A stretch of DNA of 63,174 nt, filler included, from Octopus bimaculoides (GCF_001194135.2; 8 parts of 6 records of this genome joined end to end with filler, not necessarily neighbours in it), one strand, 5' to 3'. Counted from the first letter of the whole stretch, positions 41,595-54,745 are shown. A program made the numbers and translations. The notes: generated by a model from the letters alone, not told the origin.

Positions 41595-42380
41595 ACATAG
41601 TCTCCTTGCTTTTCGATGCACTTCTCCTGTGGTCCACAAGCTTGCTTATTCCATCAAAGAAGGTTTCCTGCTGATTGCACAACCATTTATGCACCAGTTC
41701 TTGCACTTCTTCATCTGTAGCAAATTAATGACCTCATGAAGTATGTTTGAGTGATCCAAAGATGTGATAATAGGAAGGGGTAAGATCTGAACTGTATGCA
41801 GGTTGATCTAGCATAGACCTTGGTATTTGGTGCGAATTGCTGGTTTCAGTTCATTGGCCAGCATTTCACTGTAACCTACACTGATGACTAGACTACTTTT
41901 CCAGCAATGTTCCAGTATAGATAGGCCCTTTTGCTTTCCAAGAATGGTTAGCATCACGTTTTCGGCTGAAGGTTGTGTCTTCTGTAATTACTTTTACACT
42001 GGCGATTCCAGGTGTTTCCCCTCCATACTTTGCCTTTCGGGTTTTGGCTCAAAGTGATGGACCCAGGTCTCATCTCCTGTGGCAGAGAACATGCCACCTC
42101 ACTGATGGTCACTCAGTTAACCAAAACCATCTCTTAAGCTTGTTGAATCTTCATGTTAGTGTCCTGCTCCCGCTTCATGCTTCACACTTGTCTGGCCATT
42201 TTTGAAATTCTCAATCCACTCATACACACTTCCATGTGGTAGAGCACTCCCTGTATTGTACTGAAGGCCTGCAATGAATTTCAGTCCAACACACCTTCAG
42301 ACCAGACAAATCAGAGCAACTGACCTCTGTTCTTCCTGATGTACACTGACAGCAGAACGGTTGTGCTTAATCTGTAACAC
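41595..42380 (-). mobile_element. Mariner transposase remnant
   Basis: WIENFKNGQTSVKHE, SATGDETWVHHFEPKT and C-terminal DEEVQELVHKWLCNQQETFF. Confidence 0.8.
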
Positions 42381-45300
42381 AAGAAAACTGGAGCGATCAG
42401 AGTCAAACCTTGATTGTATAACCACAAAAGACCCTCTTTTAGCAAGCAGGCACTGAAGGCAGTGCAATGAACCTAAAGAAATTTTGGCAAAAGTGTAGAC
42501 AATTTCTGACCTCCCCTAGTATCACTTGTAGAGATATTACTTTTCTAGGCTGTAATCGTGTATTCTTGTAATTTTGGGGATAGTAACTTTTTTATAATCT
42601 GTTCACATATTAAGTTTTCTCTTCCAAGTGTATGTTCTGGTCAGGCATTAGTTCTTTGAGTTAGAATGCTTAGAATATATCTTAGGTTTTCCTTCAACAT
42701 CATCATCATCATTATTTTAGTGTCTTCTTTTTCATGCTTGCATTGGTCAGACAGGATTCACTGAAGCAGATTTTCTTCTGGGATGCCCTTCCTGTTACTT
42801 CCTCATAGCTGGACATGTTTTCATGGAAGATTGGAAACAAAGGACATTGCTTGTATGACAGTGATGTTTTTTTTATTTTCTGTTGTGTAACATAAAAAAA
42901 GGAGAAACAAATACACATGCACACACACACACACACACACACACGTAATTCATTTCTGTTTTGGAACAGTGGATCTGGAAGTAGATAAAGCTAGAAATAG
43001 TAGCATGTAAACATTAGGTTAAGAAAACGCTTTGGATAGATGAAGTCGAAGCCTAGGCTGTCAATTATATATGCACACTCACACACACACACACACACAT
43101 ATACTATGAGCTTCTTTTAGTTTCTTTCTATCAAATCCACTTACAAAGCTTTGTTTGACCCTGAGCACTTGCCCAAAGTGCCATGCTGTGGAACTGAACT
43201 CAAAACTGGATGGTTCGTAAGTGAACTTCTTAAATCACACAGTCCTGCCTGCATCTGACAATGTTTTCTTTCTTGGATATATGATGTCTTCATTTCTTTT
43301 CTTGCTTTCAGATTCAGTTTGAGGGAGACAATATTACCTTCCTAAATTCATTCGTGATCCAATCTACTAATGCCACTGTTCATGTAGCATATATCTTCCT
43401 TATTTTGATATTCAATTTTCATTTTTCAAGTATATAATTTACTTGTACATGTTCGTACCAAAATTCACACTACCAAAGCTTTTTTGGAATAAGATGTTGA
43501 AGTCAACTGCATATAAAAAGTAAAAACCCCTACAGTTGTGAATGACCATGGGATTGCACCTGGAAAGTTCCCCTCCAAGGTACGAGTCTGGGCATGGTTG
43601 TTTATGGAAAACCAGCAGTTGCCCATGCATACCAGCCTCCCCTTTCCATGCCACCAATATTATCCAACAGAAAGGCAAAGGCCGATACAGCTTGGCACCA
43701 GTGATGTCGCAACTCATTTCTACGGCTGAGTGAACTGGAGCAACGTGAAATAAAGTGTCTTGCTCAAGAACATAACACACAGCTTGGTCTGAGAATCAAA
43801 CTCACTACCTCATGATAGTGAGCCCGATGCTCTAACAAAGGTTCAAATGTGTTTGAGGTCAACATTTGTTATCATAGTCATCGTCGGGGTCGTTGACATC
43901 ATCATTATTATCACCAGCATCATTATCATCGCCATTTTAATGTCCACTTTTCCATGCTCGCATGGGTTAGGCAGAATTTGTTGAGACGCAAACTGCTTAC
44001 CACACAGCTAGTGAGAGAGATCAGTTTCTGTCAACTAAATCCCACTTACAAGGGTGTGGTCAGCCCAGAGTTAGATCAAACTTAAGTTCATGTAATTGGG
44101 GTGTGAACTTAACCACACAGCCATATCTGCATCCCAACCAAACATATATACATGTGCACGTGCATGCGCGCGTGCACACACACACACACACACAAATGCA
44201 TATTCAGCGCAACAGGAAGAGATGTGTATATACATATGGGTAGTTTATCAATCAGAGGTGGCCTTAGACTAAGCAAAGATAAACTGTGAGATATATGTAT
44301 GAATACATACTTGAATGCAGTAGCATAAAGATTATGGAAATATTTTGTAGGTTACTTAAATTTATTTGTGACTACTAAATTTCTAAATGATGATAAGGTG
44401 ACTATGATTTACTCATCATTTAATTGCTATCAGCTCTATTAATTAGAACTCTGATTAAATGCATTGGTTGAAGTTACAATGAATGAGAAAAGAGCATATA
44501 CCTTATTATTTTGCTACCCAGTCACAAAACTTCTGTTGTGTTTATAGGAAGATGTTTAATGCAAAATACATGGACATACCTGAGTGTACACACACACACA
44601 CACACACATGTGGGCGTGTGGTTAAGGATCTTTTTTCCCAGCTATGAGTCCTTGGGTTCAGTCCGACTATGTAGCACCCCTTGAGTAAGTGCCTTCTACT
44701 ATAGCTCCAGACCAATGAAGTTTTGTGTGTGTGTGTGTGCACTCGTATGTCCATGTGTTTTACATTCTATGCTTTCCAGAAAATTGCTGAGTTACAATTC
44801 TACATAGGCACATATTTGGTAATGTGGTTAAAAAGTTTGTTTCCCAACCATGTGATTTGGGGTTCAGCCCCACTATACGACACTCTGGACGGGGTTCTAC
44901 TACTATAGTCTCAGGCCACCTTATGCCTTGATGGAAGCTGAAAGAAGCCTATTTCATCATCCTCATCAGCGTTATTTGGCAACCACCTTTATGTGCTTAC
45001 GTCAATCAGGCAAAATTTGTTGAGGCAGATTTTCTATGGCTGGATATCCTACCTGTCATCAACTCTCACTTGCTTCCACACAAGGTAATGTTTTCCATGG
45101 CCAAATATGTTTTCCCACAGAAGATTGGAAATGAACATCACTTGTATGACACCGATGCTCATTTAGAACCATCACATGATATCAGGACAAGGGCACACAC
45201 ACACATACACATATATCTATATATATAACAGGATAGGCTTCTTTCAGTTTCTGTCTACTAAATCCACTCACAAAACTTCATTGGTCTGGAGCTATAGTAG

Positions 45301-46889
45301 AAGACACTTACTCAAGGTGCTACATAGTGGGACTGAATCCAAGGACTCATAGCTGGGAAGAAAGGTTCTTAACCACACACCCACATGTGTGTGTGTGTGT
45401 GCACTCATGTATGTCCATGTATTTTACATTCTATGCTTTCCAGAAAATTTTGGCAATGTTGTCATTTTCCTTTTCAATGTATTGTCCACTAGCTTTGCAT
45501 CTTTGAAGATGTGTGAAATGAGAAATTTCATGATTTGAAAAATAGGTAGGCAATGACAACCCCATGGAAGCAATGACAGCCTCTCGGAGGCAATGACAAG
45601 TGACTGAAGCCTTTGGTGACATACTCTGCTTGGGAAGACCAGTCAAGCCAAGTGAAGTCATGGTTGATACCAATGTCACATAACTGGTACGTAAAAAGCA
45701 CCCTTCGAATGTTGGTGATATGCCATGCTTGAGAAGACCTGTCAAGCTAAGTGAAACTGATGCCAGTGTTGTGTAACTGGTATCTGTGCTGATGGCATGT
45801 AAAAAGCACTGCTCAAAAGTTGGGCCTCAACGGAGGCAGTGAGAAGTGACCGAGACCTTTGGCAATATACTGTGCTTGAGAAGACCTGTCAAGCCAAGTG
45901 AGATCGTTGGTGTTAGGAAAGGCATCCAGCAGTAGAAACTATGATCAAAAGTGTTCCACCCTTGAGCAATCCATCTTGTTTTGTCCATTGCTGTACTCTC
46001 CAATGTGTATTTCATTTTTATTTTATGACGGTGCAATTTGATTAGGCTGGTACGTATGTAAAATATATCTTTAATACATATATGCTATGGTTATGTATGC
46101 TAGCAGAAGACATGTGGCTTAGTGGTTAGGGTATTTGGCTCATGATCATAAGACTGTGAGTTCATTCCCAGTGGCATATTGCATTTTTGAGCAAGATAAT
46201 TCTTGTTGATCCAGTCCACTCAGCTGGCAAAAATAAGTTGTACCTGTTATTTAAAAGGCTAGTCTTGTCCCATTCTGTGTCATGTTGAATCTCCCTGAGA
46301 ACTACGTTAAGGGTATATGTGTTTGTGGAGTGCTCAGCCACTTCCATGTTAATTTTATGAGCATGGTGTATTGTTGATTGAATCAGCTGGAATATTCGTC
46401 ATTATAACTGATGTGGAACAGGAGTAGGACCTTACTAGCAGAAATAACATACTTCAGTGTTTCTGCCAATTTATTTGACCATTTGTTGAGTGAATGGAGA
46501 AAGTATAAGTTGGTTAACACATTGCTTCAGTGAAGTGATTATATTTCCAGTGTGTCCTTTCCTATTCTAAGATAATAGGACTTGAGTTAAAGAAAACATG
46601 GCTGCTATTTCTAACAGGTATGCAAGTTCCTTACCTTTTTGACACAAAGTAAACTTACTTCTTGTGTAGTCCCAGAGCAGTCATGATAATAACAAAACTA
46701 CATTGTTTGATGTAACATTTATTTATCTTCATCAAGGGATTTGTGAGATATATGGCTGCAATTTTGAGGTGGTCAAATAGTTGTGTGTTTGGTAGTTTGA
46801 TGAATGAAAACAAACTCACCTGCCATTGAGTTGCACACACACACACACACTCTCTCTCTCTCTCTCTCTCTGCCTCTTTCTCTTCATAG

Positions 46890-46906
46890 ATCATAAGGTT
46901 GTTGAG
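46890..46906 (+). CDS. Candidate 17-nt micro-exon
   Basis: ..TGCCTCTTTCTCTTCATAG|ATCATAAGGTTGTTGAG|GTGAGT; consensus splice sites on both sides. Confidence 0.3.
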
Positions 46907-47799
46907 GTGAGTGAGGTAATTGTTGTTTGGAGCAGTGTGATGTTTGATTTAACAAAAGAAGCTGATAGCATTGTGTTATGCAGTGCATTGCACAAACATT
47001 GCGGACATTAACTCCTTAGCATTTAATCTGGTTGTAAGCAGCCCAAATATTCTATCCATTTTATGTTCAAACTAGCCAGATATAGCCTTTCACACCTAGC
47101 TTATGATAACATTCTAAAAATAAACAATTATGTTATTGAAATTTCACAGCTTAAAGATAATGTGAGATAAGCCATTTCTGTTTAAATACAATCATAAATA
47201 CTGAGAAATTTTCGGTGACACATTTATTATTTTTCAGTGTTTGAAGTGGAACAGATTTTTTTTTGTAATTACCAATATAGCTTCTGTAAGTAGGAGTTCT
47301 GAGTTTGAAAGAATTACACTTGAAGAGTAAAGCCTTGTGAGCAGATTTTGAAGATGGAAACTGAAAGAAGCCCATCATGTGTATGTGTGTATGTATGTAC
47401 ATATGTTTTGTTTCTCCTTGTTTTGACATCATATGATTGTTGTAAATGAATTTCATCAATTTCAAATATTATGCAAAAACATATTTGTCCATGGGGAAAA
47501 ATATTACCTTGCTTGGAAAAAGGTATAGGTTGGCGACAGTAAGGGCATCCAGCCATAGCAAATCTGCCCCACCAAGCTCTGTTCAACCCATACAAGCATG
47601 GAAAAGTGAACTTTAAAATGATGATGATGATGTACATTTATTGAAATGTATGAATATATATAAATATTTATGAATGGTTTTATACACAAACACACTCACT
47701 CAATCACTTATTCACTTCACAGATGTGTGTAGATATATAGTCACTTATTATCAGATGTTAACATTTGATTATTTTCCCATTCTAGATGAGATTATGGGT

Positions 47800-48262
47800 T
47801 TTGGCACTCGTGCCAGTGGAACGTTAAAAGCACATCCGAGCACGATTGTTGCCAGGGCCATGGATTGGCTCCTCTGCCGGTGACACATGAAAAGCACCAT
47901 TCGAGTGTGATCATTGCCAGTGCTGCCTTACTGGCACATGTGCTGGTGACGCGTGAAAAACAACATTCGAGCATGGTTGTTGCCAGTGCCGCCAGACTGG
48001 CTCCCATGCAGGTAGCACGTAAAAACACCTTTTAAGCATGGTTGTTGCCAGAACTGCCTGACTGGCCCTCGTGCTGGTGGCACATAAAAGCACCCACTAC
48101 ACTCTCGGAGTGGTTGGCATTAGGAAGGGCATCCAGCTGTAGAAACTTTGCTAGATCAGATTGAGCCTGGTGCAGCCTCTGGCTTGCCAGTCCTCAGTTA
48201 AACCGTCCAACCCATGCCAGCATAAAAAGAGGGCGTTAAACGATGATGATGATGATGATGAT
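47800..48262 (+). mobile_element. Retroposon family 4 with internal tandem subrepeats and (ATG)n tail
   Basis: Repeated GTGGCAC.TAAAAGCAC units, then GGAAGGGCATCCAGCTGTAGAAAC..CCAACCCATGC..GTTAAACGATGATG. Copies at ~38553, 45565 and 56075 (-). Confidence 0.8.
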
Positions 48263-50089
48263 ACATCAAAACATGACAATATTGTACTATTTCTTCTACT
48301 CTAGCCCAGTTTTTCATAGTTTCTTTTTTGCCTTAATCCATTATTATGTGTATCATCTAAGCAACAGAGCATGGTATTTTCAACAAGCAGACCATAGGTT
48401 TCTATCTATAGTAAATTCTGGAATGATTTTCTGAATTACTGCAAGGATGTGATAGATTTGGGGGTACTTGTTTTACACTGGATCATTCACTTTCATTCCT
48501 ATATTATTCATATGAATAGAAGAAACTGAAAGGTTGTGACATATGTATTTCTCAAACATTAATAGCATAGATAAAGTGAGCTGACTTCCATTGAGGCTCT
48601 AAATTGGGGCCAGTAGAGCTTAAGTCACCTGTATTTTCTAGAACAGAAGTTAACTTAAACATTCAAACACTGTCCCAATCTTTCCAAATCCTGCAACATT
48701 TCTCATGAAATTTTTGGCTCTCCAAAGTCGTCTTGGTGTATTAATCGACCTACCGCTTTTTTAGTTGTAAATTTTGATCTGAAAATTTCAACTTGTAAGC
48801 TGAAAAATGCAATACACAATGATGCCTGTTTCAGCTTGCATGTACTGTGCCATTTCTTTGTTGCTAATTGACAATAGTGGATGTTAACACTGAATATTAA
48901 TTTGCTCTTAGCTGTGCTTAGTTTGAGTCCCCTTCCTTCTGAAGCACACATTACAGAATTTCATTTTCAATGCTGAGCATGTTTGCAAATCCTCTATCTT
49001 TTACTTGCTTTAGTCATTGAACTGTAGTCATGCTGGGGAACCACCCTGAAGGGATTAGTCAAACAAATCAACCCTAGAACTTTTTTTTTTTTATTAAGCC
49101 TGGTACTCATTCTATCAGTCTCTTTCTGCTGAACTCTTAAGTTATAGAGATTAAACAAACCAACAGATGTCAGGTGGTGGTGAGAGACAATCATAAACAC
49201 ATACACATACACAAAAGGTTTTATTCAGTCAACCAATTCACAAGGCAATAGTCAACTCAGAGCTACAGAAGACATTTGCCCAAGGTGCTATGCATTTGGA
49301 CTGAACCTGGAACCATGTGGTTGAGAAGCAAACTTCTAACCACAAAACTATGTCTGCACCTAAATAAATATTTTAAGACAACATCCTTAAATGTAGATGA
49401 AATCACAAACTTCCGTATATTGTAACTGTATTTACAGGCCACTGAACATTACAAAGTATCAAATTTTACTTGATTTTCAGAAGTATTTGCAAATTTATTG
49501 ATATAATTCCTTCCTTTAATTCAAGTGTGAATCCTTAGTGTATGTTTTCATGACTACACACTTTAAAAGAAATACTTGGGAGAAAGGAAGATAATTTGTT
49601 TATTACAAGAACCTGAGTTTGTGGAACATAAATAGTTCCTTATTAAGTAAATTCAAAATAAATTGGTAATTAGTAAGTTACATGTATATATGAGAGAACA
49701 TAGTAGAGTTCAGTGAAGAAATTTGCCAGGTGAGTGGGGATGGGCGAAAGAATTTAATGATTTGAGTATTCATCCTTCTTTAGCAAAAGGAAACACCAGC
49801 ATAGCCCCTTCAACTAACCCCCACCACACCAATATCTCCTAAACCATAAAATAAAGAATCTAATGCATTTTCCCAAACTATTACACATGCATACATACAA
49901 ACGTGTGTCTCTTCATACTATGGCAATGCTGGGATACCACCTTCAACGGTTTTTACTGAATCATATCTTTTTTGGCACTTACTTTATTGATCTCTATTGA
50001 ATAAGTTACTCAACATAATGGAGTGTAACTCAATGCACTGGTATATGGAAACATAAACACAACATATATATTATGTTTGTTTATATACG

Positions 50090-50358
50090 AGGCGTAGGAG
50101 TGGCTGTGTGGTAAGTAGCTTGATTACCAACCACATGGTTCTGGGTTCAGTCCCACCGCGTGGCACCTTAGGCAAGTGTCTTCTACTATAGCCTCGGACC
50201 GACCAAAGCCTTGTGAGTGGATTTGGTAGACGGAAACTGAAAGAAGCCCGTCGTATATATGTATGTGTTTGTCCCCCCACCCCCACCCCAACATCACTTG
50301 ACACCCGATGCTGGTGTATTTATGTCCCCGTAACTTAGCAGTTCAGCAATAAAGACCG
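50090..50358 (+). mobile_element. SINE family 1, young CpG-intact copy (truncated by gap)
   Basis: GGAGTGGCTGTGTGGTAAG..GGGTTCAGTCCCACCGCGTGGCACC..GACGGAAACTGAAAGAAGCCCGTCG. Confidence 0.9.
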
Positions 50359-50458
50359 NNNNNNNNNNNNNNNNNNNNNNNNNNNNNNNNNNNNNNNNNN
50401 NNTTAATTAATTAANNNNNNNNNNNNNNNNNNNNNNNNNNNNNNNNNNNNNNNNNNNN

Positions 50459-50495
<37 letters not shown>

Positions 50496-50670
50496 ACATA
50501 TCTATGTATATACATATATACATACACATACACTATACACACTCACATACCGATACATACACTTATATATAAACTTAGTTTGATTGTTATGTAGGAATTT
50601 TGGTGAGACCATTTATGTTATTTACTGACTAATTATGGTGTTTGTTTACAAGTGATTTCCTATTTACTGT

Positions 50671-50707
<37 letters not shown>

Positions 50708-51242
50708 CATGCGCAGAATTTTATGTGCTTGTACAAGTTTGTATGTGTATGTGTGTGTGTGTGCAAGGCTCCTTCCGGTGAAGGAATTCACTTCCTAACA
50801 ATGGTTCCGGGTTCAATCCTACAGCATTTTAACTTCAGAAACATGTCTTCTTGTATAGACCTCAGATAGACCAACAACTTGCAAGTGATGTTTAGCAAAT
50901 AGAAACTGTGCAGGAGCCCTTTGTGTGTACATATTTACAATGTACCTATGCATATATATTTTCCAGTATTTCACATGTAAACATCGGCATGAAAATCGAT
51001 AAAATTCTGCTCTGAAATCTTTGTTCTTTTATGTTTCCAAGTGAAAGTCAATTACCAAGATTCTTCTGTGCAAAATTTTCTCCACTACATTTCAAGATCA
51101 GAAGATTGATTTCATTAATTGGTTTTGATGAGACATAGGAGAATGTATATAGTTTTGTTTTATATGGACCTATGAATGTTCATGTGCACTTTATACCTTC
51201 ACACACACATGCACACACACACACACACACACACATATATCT

Positions 51243-51652
51243 TTTATCTCTTACTTGTTTCAGTCATTAGACTATGGCCATGCTGGGGCAATGCCTTGGG
51301 GAATTTCCACATCAATGAAATGATCTTGGTACTTACTTTTTTCTTTTTTTGTAAACCTGGTACTTATTCGACTGGTCTCTTTGCCATGCTGCCAAGTAAT
51401 GGGAATGTAAATACATCAACACCAGTTGTCAAGTGGTGAGGGTAGTGGGGGACAAACACTTACACAAAAAAACACACACACATATAGCTATGTCTATATG
51501 ACAGGTTTCTTTCAGTTTCCATCTACCAAATCTACTCACAAGGCTTTGATTGGCCAGAGGGTATAATGGAAGACACTCGCCCATGGTACCACACAATGAG
51601 ACTGAACCCAGAACCATGTGGTTGGGAAGCAAGCTTCTTACCCCACAGTCAC
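51243..51652 (-). mobile_element. SINE family 1
   Basis: Reverse complement of the family 1 head, core and tail. Further copies or fragments at ~24825, 43105, 44610, 44810, 45236, 48995, 50770, 60850 and 61266. Confidence 0.85.
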
Positions 51653-51653
51653 T

Positions 51654-51693
<40 letters not shown>

Positions 51694-52054
51694 TACATGT
51701 ACACACACACACATATATATATATATATGTGTGTGTGTATAAACCTACAAAGTAAATGTATAAACATGTCAAACTTACCTATTTCTCTGCAGGCTGAAGA
51801 AAGATGATGAATAGCCTTAATTGATTTTTGACTCTTACTGGGGTCTCATCAGAAGTGTCTACACCACTTGAGCAAATCCCAGGCAAATAATTAACCAGTC
51901 TGTTTATATACACAACAAATCTAGTACATTCAGAGAACTGAGGCTACTAGTTTGCATACCATTACTTTTTAATGCTTTATTTAATATCAGCAGCAGCTAT
52001 GTATGTATGTATGTATGTATTTATGTATGTACAAGTGTGTGTGTATGTGTGCGT

Positions 52055-52099
<45 letters not shown>

Positions 52100-52202
52100 A
52101 GTGTGTGTGTGTATAAAAATAAGAGTAAAAAACAACTCATAGCCACAATAAGTATCGTCTTATTGACTGACAAGGGAGGCAAGCTCTCTAAGCACCAAGC
52201 AT

Positions 52203-52251
52203 AGCCAGATCACCAGTGATTTCACATTTACATTAATGTTCATCAGTGGCT
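52203..52251 (-). ncRNA. Type I hammerhead ribozyme (consensus core)
   Basis: Minus strand reads AGCCA-CUGAUGA-ACAUU(aaugua)AAUGU-GAA-AUCA(cugg)UGAU-C|UGGCU: 5-bp stem I, CUGANGA core, 5-bp stem II, GAAA, stem III and AUC cleavage triplet. Folded by eye; activity untested. Confidence 0.8.
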
Positions 52252-52565
52252 CTTAGAGTTAAACTCAACTTGCCTTGTCAGCTTATAAGATCACAGTAGA
52301 AATCATACACTGATTTCATAAATGGTAAAGGTGAAAGTTATAAATAATAAGGGTGCCTTCTTAGCAATTTTTCAACTGAAATACTGGTGCAAATAGTGCC
52401 CTCAGTCACTTTAGTGACGTATATATATTTTTGCCTTTTGGTTGAAAAATTGCTAACAAACCACTCGTATTATTTATAACTTTCACCTTTACCATTTATG
52501 AAATCGACATATCTACAGTGATCTTATAAGCTGACGAGTTGAGTTTAACCCAAGGTGCTGGTAAG

Positions 52566-52613
52566 AGCCACTGACGAGTTTAATGTAAATGTGAAATCAC
52601 TGATGATCTGGCT
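52566..52613 (+). ncRNA. Second, degenerate hammerhead copy (inverted partner)
   Basis: AGCCA-CUGACGA-GUUUAAUGUAAAUGU-GAA-AUCA(cuga)UGAU-C|UGGCU. Core, stems I/III and cleavage site are intact; stem II is weakened by substitution and deletion. Confidence 0.6.
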
Positions 52614-52760
52614 ATGCCCGGTGCTTATGAAGCTTGCCTCCCTTGTCAGTAAATAAGATTGTGCTTATTGTGGCTAGCAATACTGGTGTTGAATAGTGCC
52701 CTCAGTCGCTTTAGTGTTGTATATATTTTTGCCTTTTGGTTGACAAAATACTAACAAGCC

Positions 52761-52801
<41 letters not shown>

Positions 52802-52838
52802 GACACACAGCAGATGCCCAAATGCAAACCTGGAAGTA

Positions 52839-54093
52839 TCAAGTCATGAAGAATGAAATATCCAATTGAACTGAAAGCTTATTTTACTTTATTTCAACAA
52901 AAAGCAACACAGTTAATCAAAGCATGCACCTAAATTATCAACACAATTTCGCCATTTTATTGTTAGCCTATTTATGCTGGCAGCAAAGAATTTTGGAGAG
53001 CAAGAGGTGATGAAATCACGAAAGGTTGTTTTTGCATTTTCTTTACATTTGAAGATTTTCCTTGCAAAAAGTTGTCTAATGCTTGGAAAATGTGATAGTC
53101 AGTTGGTGCAAGGTCTGGTGAATATAATGTATAACAGAGTACTTCCAAGTTCAATTCCTGTAACTTGAGTAGTGTTCTTTGTGCAACACATGGTCGAGCA
53201 TTGTCTTGCAAGAGAATTGGCCTGTCTCTATTGACCAATCTCGGTTGTTTCATTGCAAGTTCACTCATCATTTCATCCAATTCATTGATGTATACATCTG
53301 CTGTAATTGACTTACTTGTCTCATGAAGCTATAGTGGATGACACCAGCACTGGATCACCAAACAGACACCATTAGCTTTTTTTGGTGAATATTCTTTTTG
53401 GGTTGTGTTTTGGCATTTCGTCTTTATCCAACCAGCCTGCAGCACACTTGCTATTGTTGAAAAGAATCCATTTTCCATCACACATAACAATACGTTTAAA
53501 AAATGGCTTGCTTTTATGCTGACAGCAAAGAACAGCAAGTTTCAAGATGATATGTCATTTGATGCTCGTTCAGTTCATGTGGTACTCACTTGTCCAGCTT
53601 CTTTACCTTGCCGATTTGTTTCAGATAGTCCAATACAGGTGGAATCGAAACCTCAAACCTTGCTGCTAACTCATGCGTAGATTGAGATGTATCTGCTTCT
53701 ACTAATTTCCAGCTTATCATTATCCACCTTGGTCCCAAGTCTACCACGGGGCTGATTTTTAAGAGACCAGAACTTCTCAAACCATCAATGTACAGTGCAT
53801 TCATTCACCACATCTTCCTCAAACACCTCACTGATGTTTCAAGCTGTCTGGGATGCATTGGTTCCATGACGGAACTCATATTCATAAACAACACAAATTT
53901 TTTATCTGACCATGGGTTCACAAAAATTGATTTACAAGAGAAAATTCACAATCTTATCAGAATTGGTTGTGAAAAGTGATGATGTAACTCTTCAGTGTTG
54001 TAAAACAAAGAACTGTCAGGATAAAACATTAGAGTTAACGACTGTCAAACTTGGTGCATAAGAAAATCAGACATTTTATTCTTAATGACCTAA
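52839..54093 (-). mobile_element. Full-length (~1.25 kb) decayed mariner transposon
   Basis: Imperfect TIRs TCAAGTCATGAAGAATGAAATATC / GACATTTTATTCTTAATGACCTAA; ILLQDNARPC, YSPDLAPTDYHIFQALDNFL, IGKVKKLDK pieces. Confidence 0.9.
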
Positions 54094-54745
54094 TGCATAT
54101 AATACTACTGCTGGATAGCACAGGGTAAATCTGAAGGTGGAAAGCTTTATATTGTACTCTACTACACTCTTAACAGAATATACCATAAATAAATAAATAA
54201 ATAAATATATATATATATATATATATANNNNNNNNNNNNNNNNNNNNNNNNNNNNNNNNNNNNNNNNNNNNNNNNNNNNNNNNNNNNNNNNNNNNNNNNN
54301 NNNNNNNNNNNNNNNNNNNNNNNNATATATATATATGTATGCATGTTTGTTTATGTATGTTTGTATGTATGTATATATGTATGTATGTAGTGAAGGTGCA
54401 TAGCTAAGTGGTTAGGGTATTCAGCTGAAGATCTCAAAGTTGTGATCTTGATATCTAGCAGTGCATTGTGTCCTTGACTAAGATTCTCTATTTCACATTG
54501 CTCCTGTCCACTTAGCTGTATTTCAAAGGGTCAACCTTGTCATATTCTGTATCGTGCCAAATCTCACTGAGAACTATACTAAAGCTATGCACATCTGTGG
54601 AATATTCTGCCACTTGCACATTGATTTCACAAGCAGGGTGTTCTGTTGATTGGATCAATTAGAACTCTCATCATAAATGATGGAGTGCTAGTTATGTATG
54701 TATCAGTGGCATACAGTGATTTTGAGGTTGGTCATGCAATAAATA

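Larger units (their letters stand above)
52140..52765. mobile_element. ~300-bp hammerhead-bearing unit in inverted + partial tandem arrangement (retrozyme / Penelope pLTR-like)
   Basis: Arms 52140-52376 and 52441-52676 are reverse complements. The 64-bp spacer plus the start of the right arm recur directly from 52680 (ATACTGGTG at 52381 and 52680, period 299). Confidence 0.7.

Noticed and set aside
50090-50170. tRNA gene (A/B boxes)
   Set aside because: It is the head of a SINE and continues into the family core; no full cloverleaf. The same applies to the other SINE heads.
51815-51855. Minus-strand CUGAUGA-GAC..GUC-AAAA hammerhead-like motif
   Set aside because: G12 is absent and stems I/III are only ~3 weak pairs; compatible with chance.
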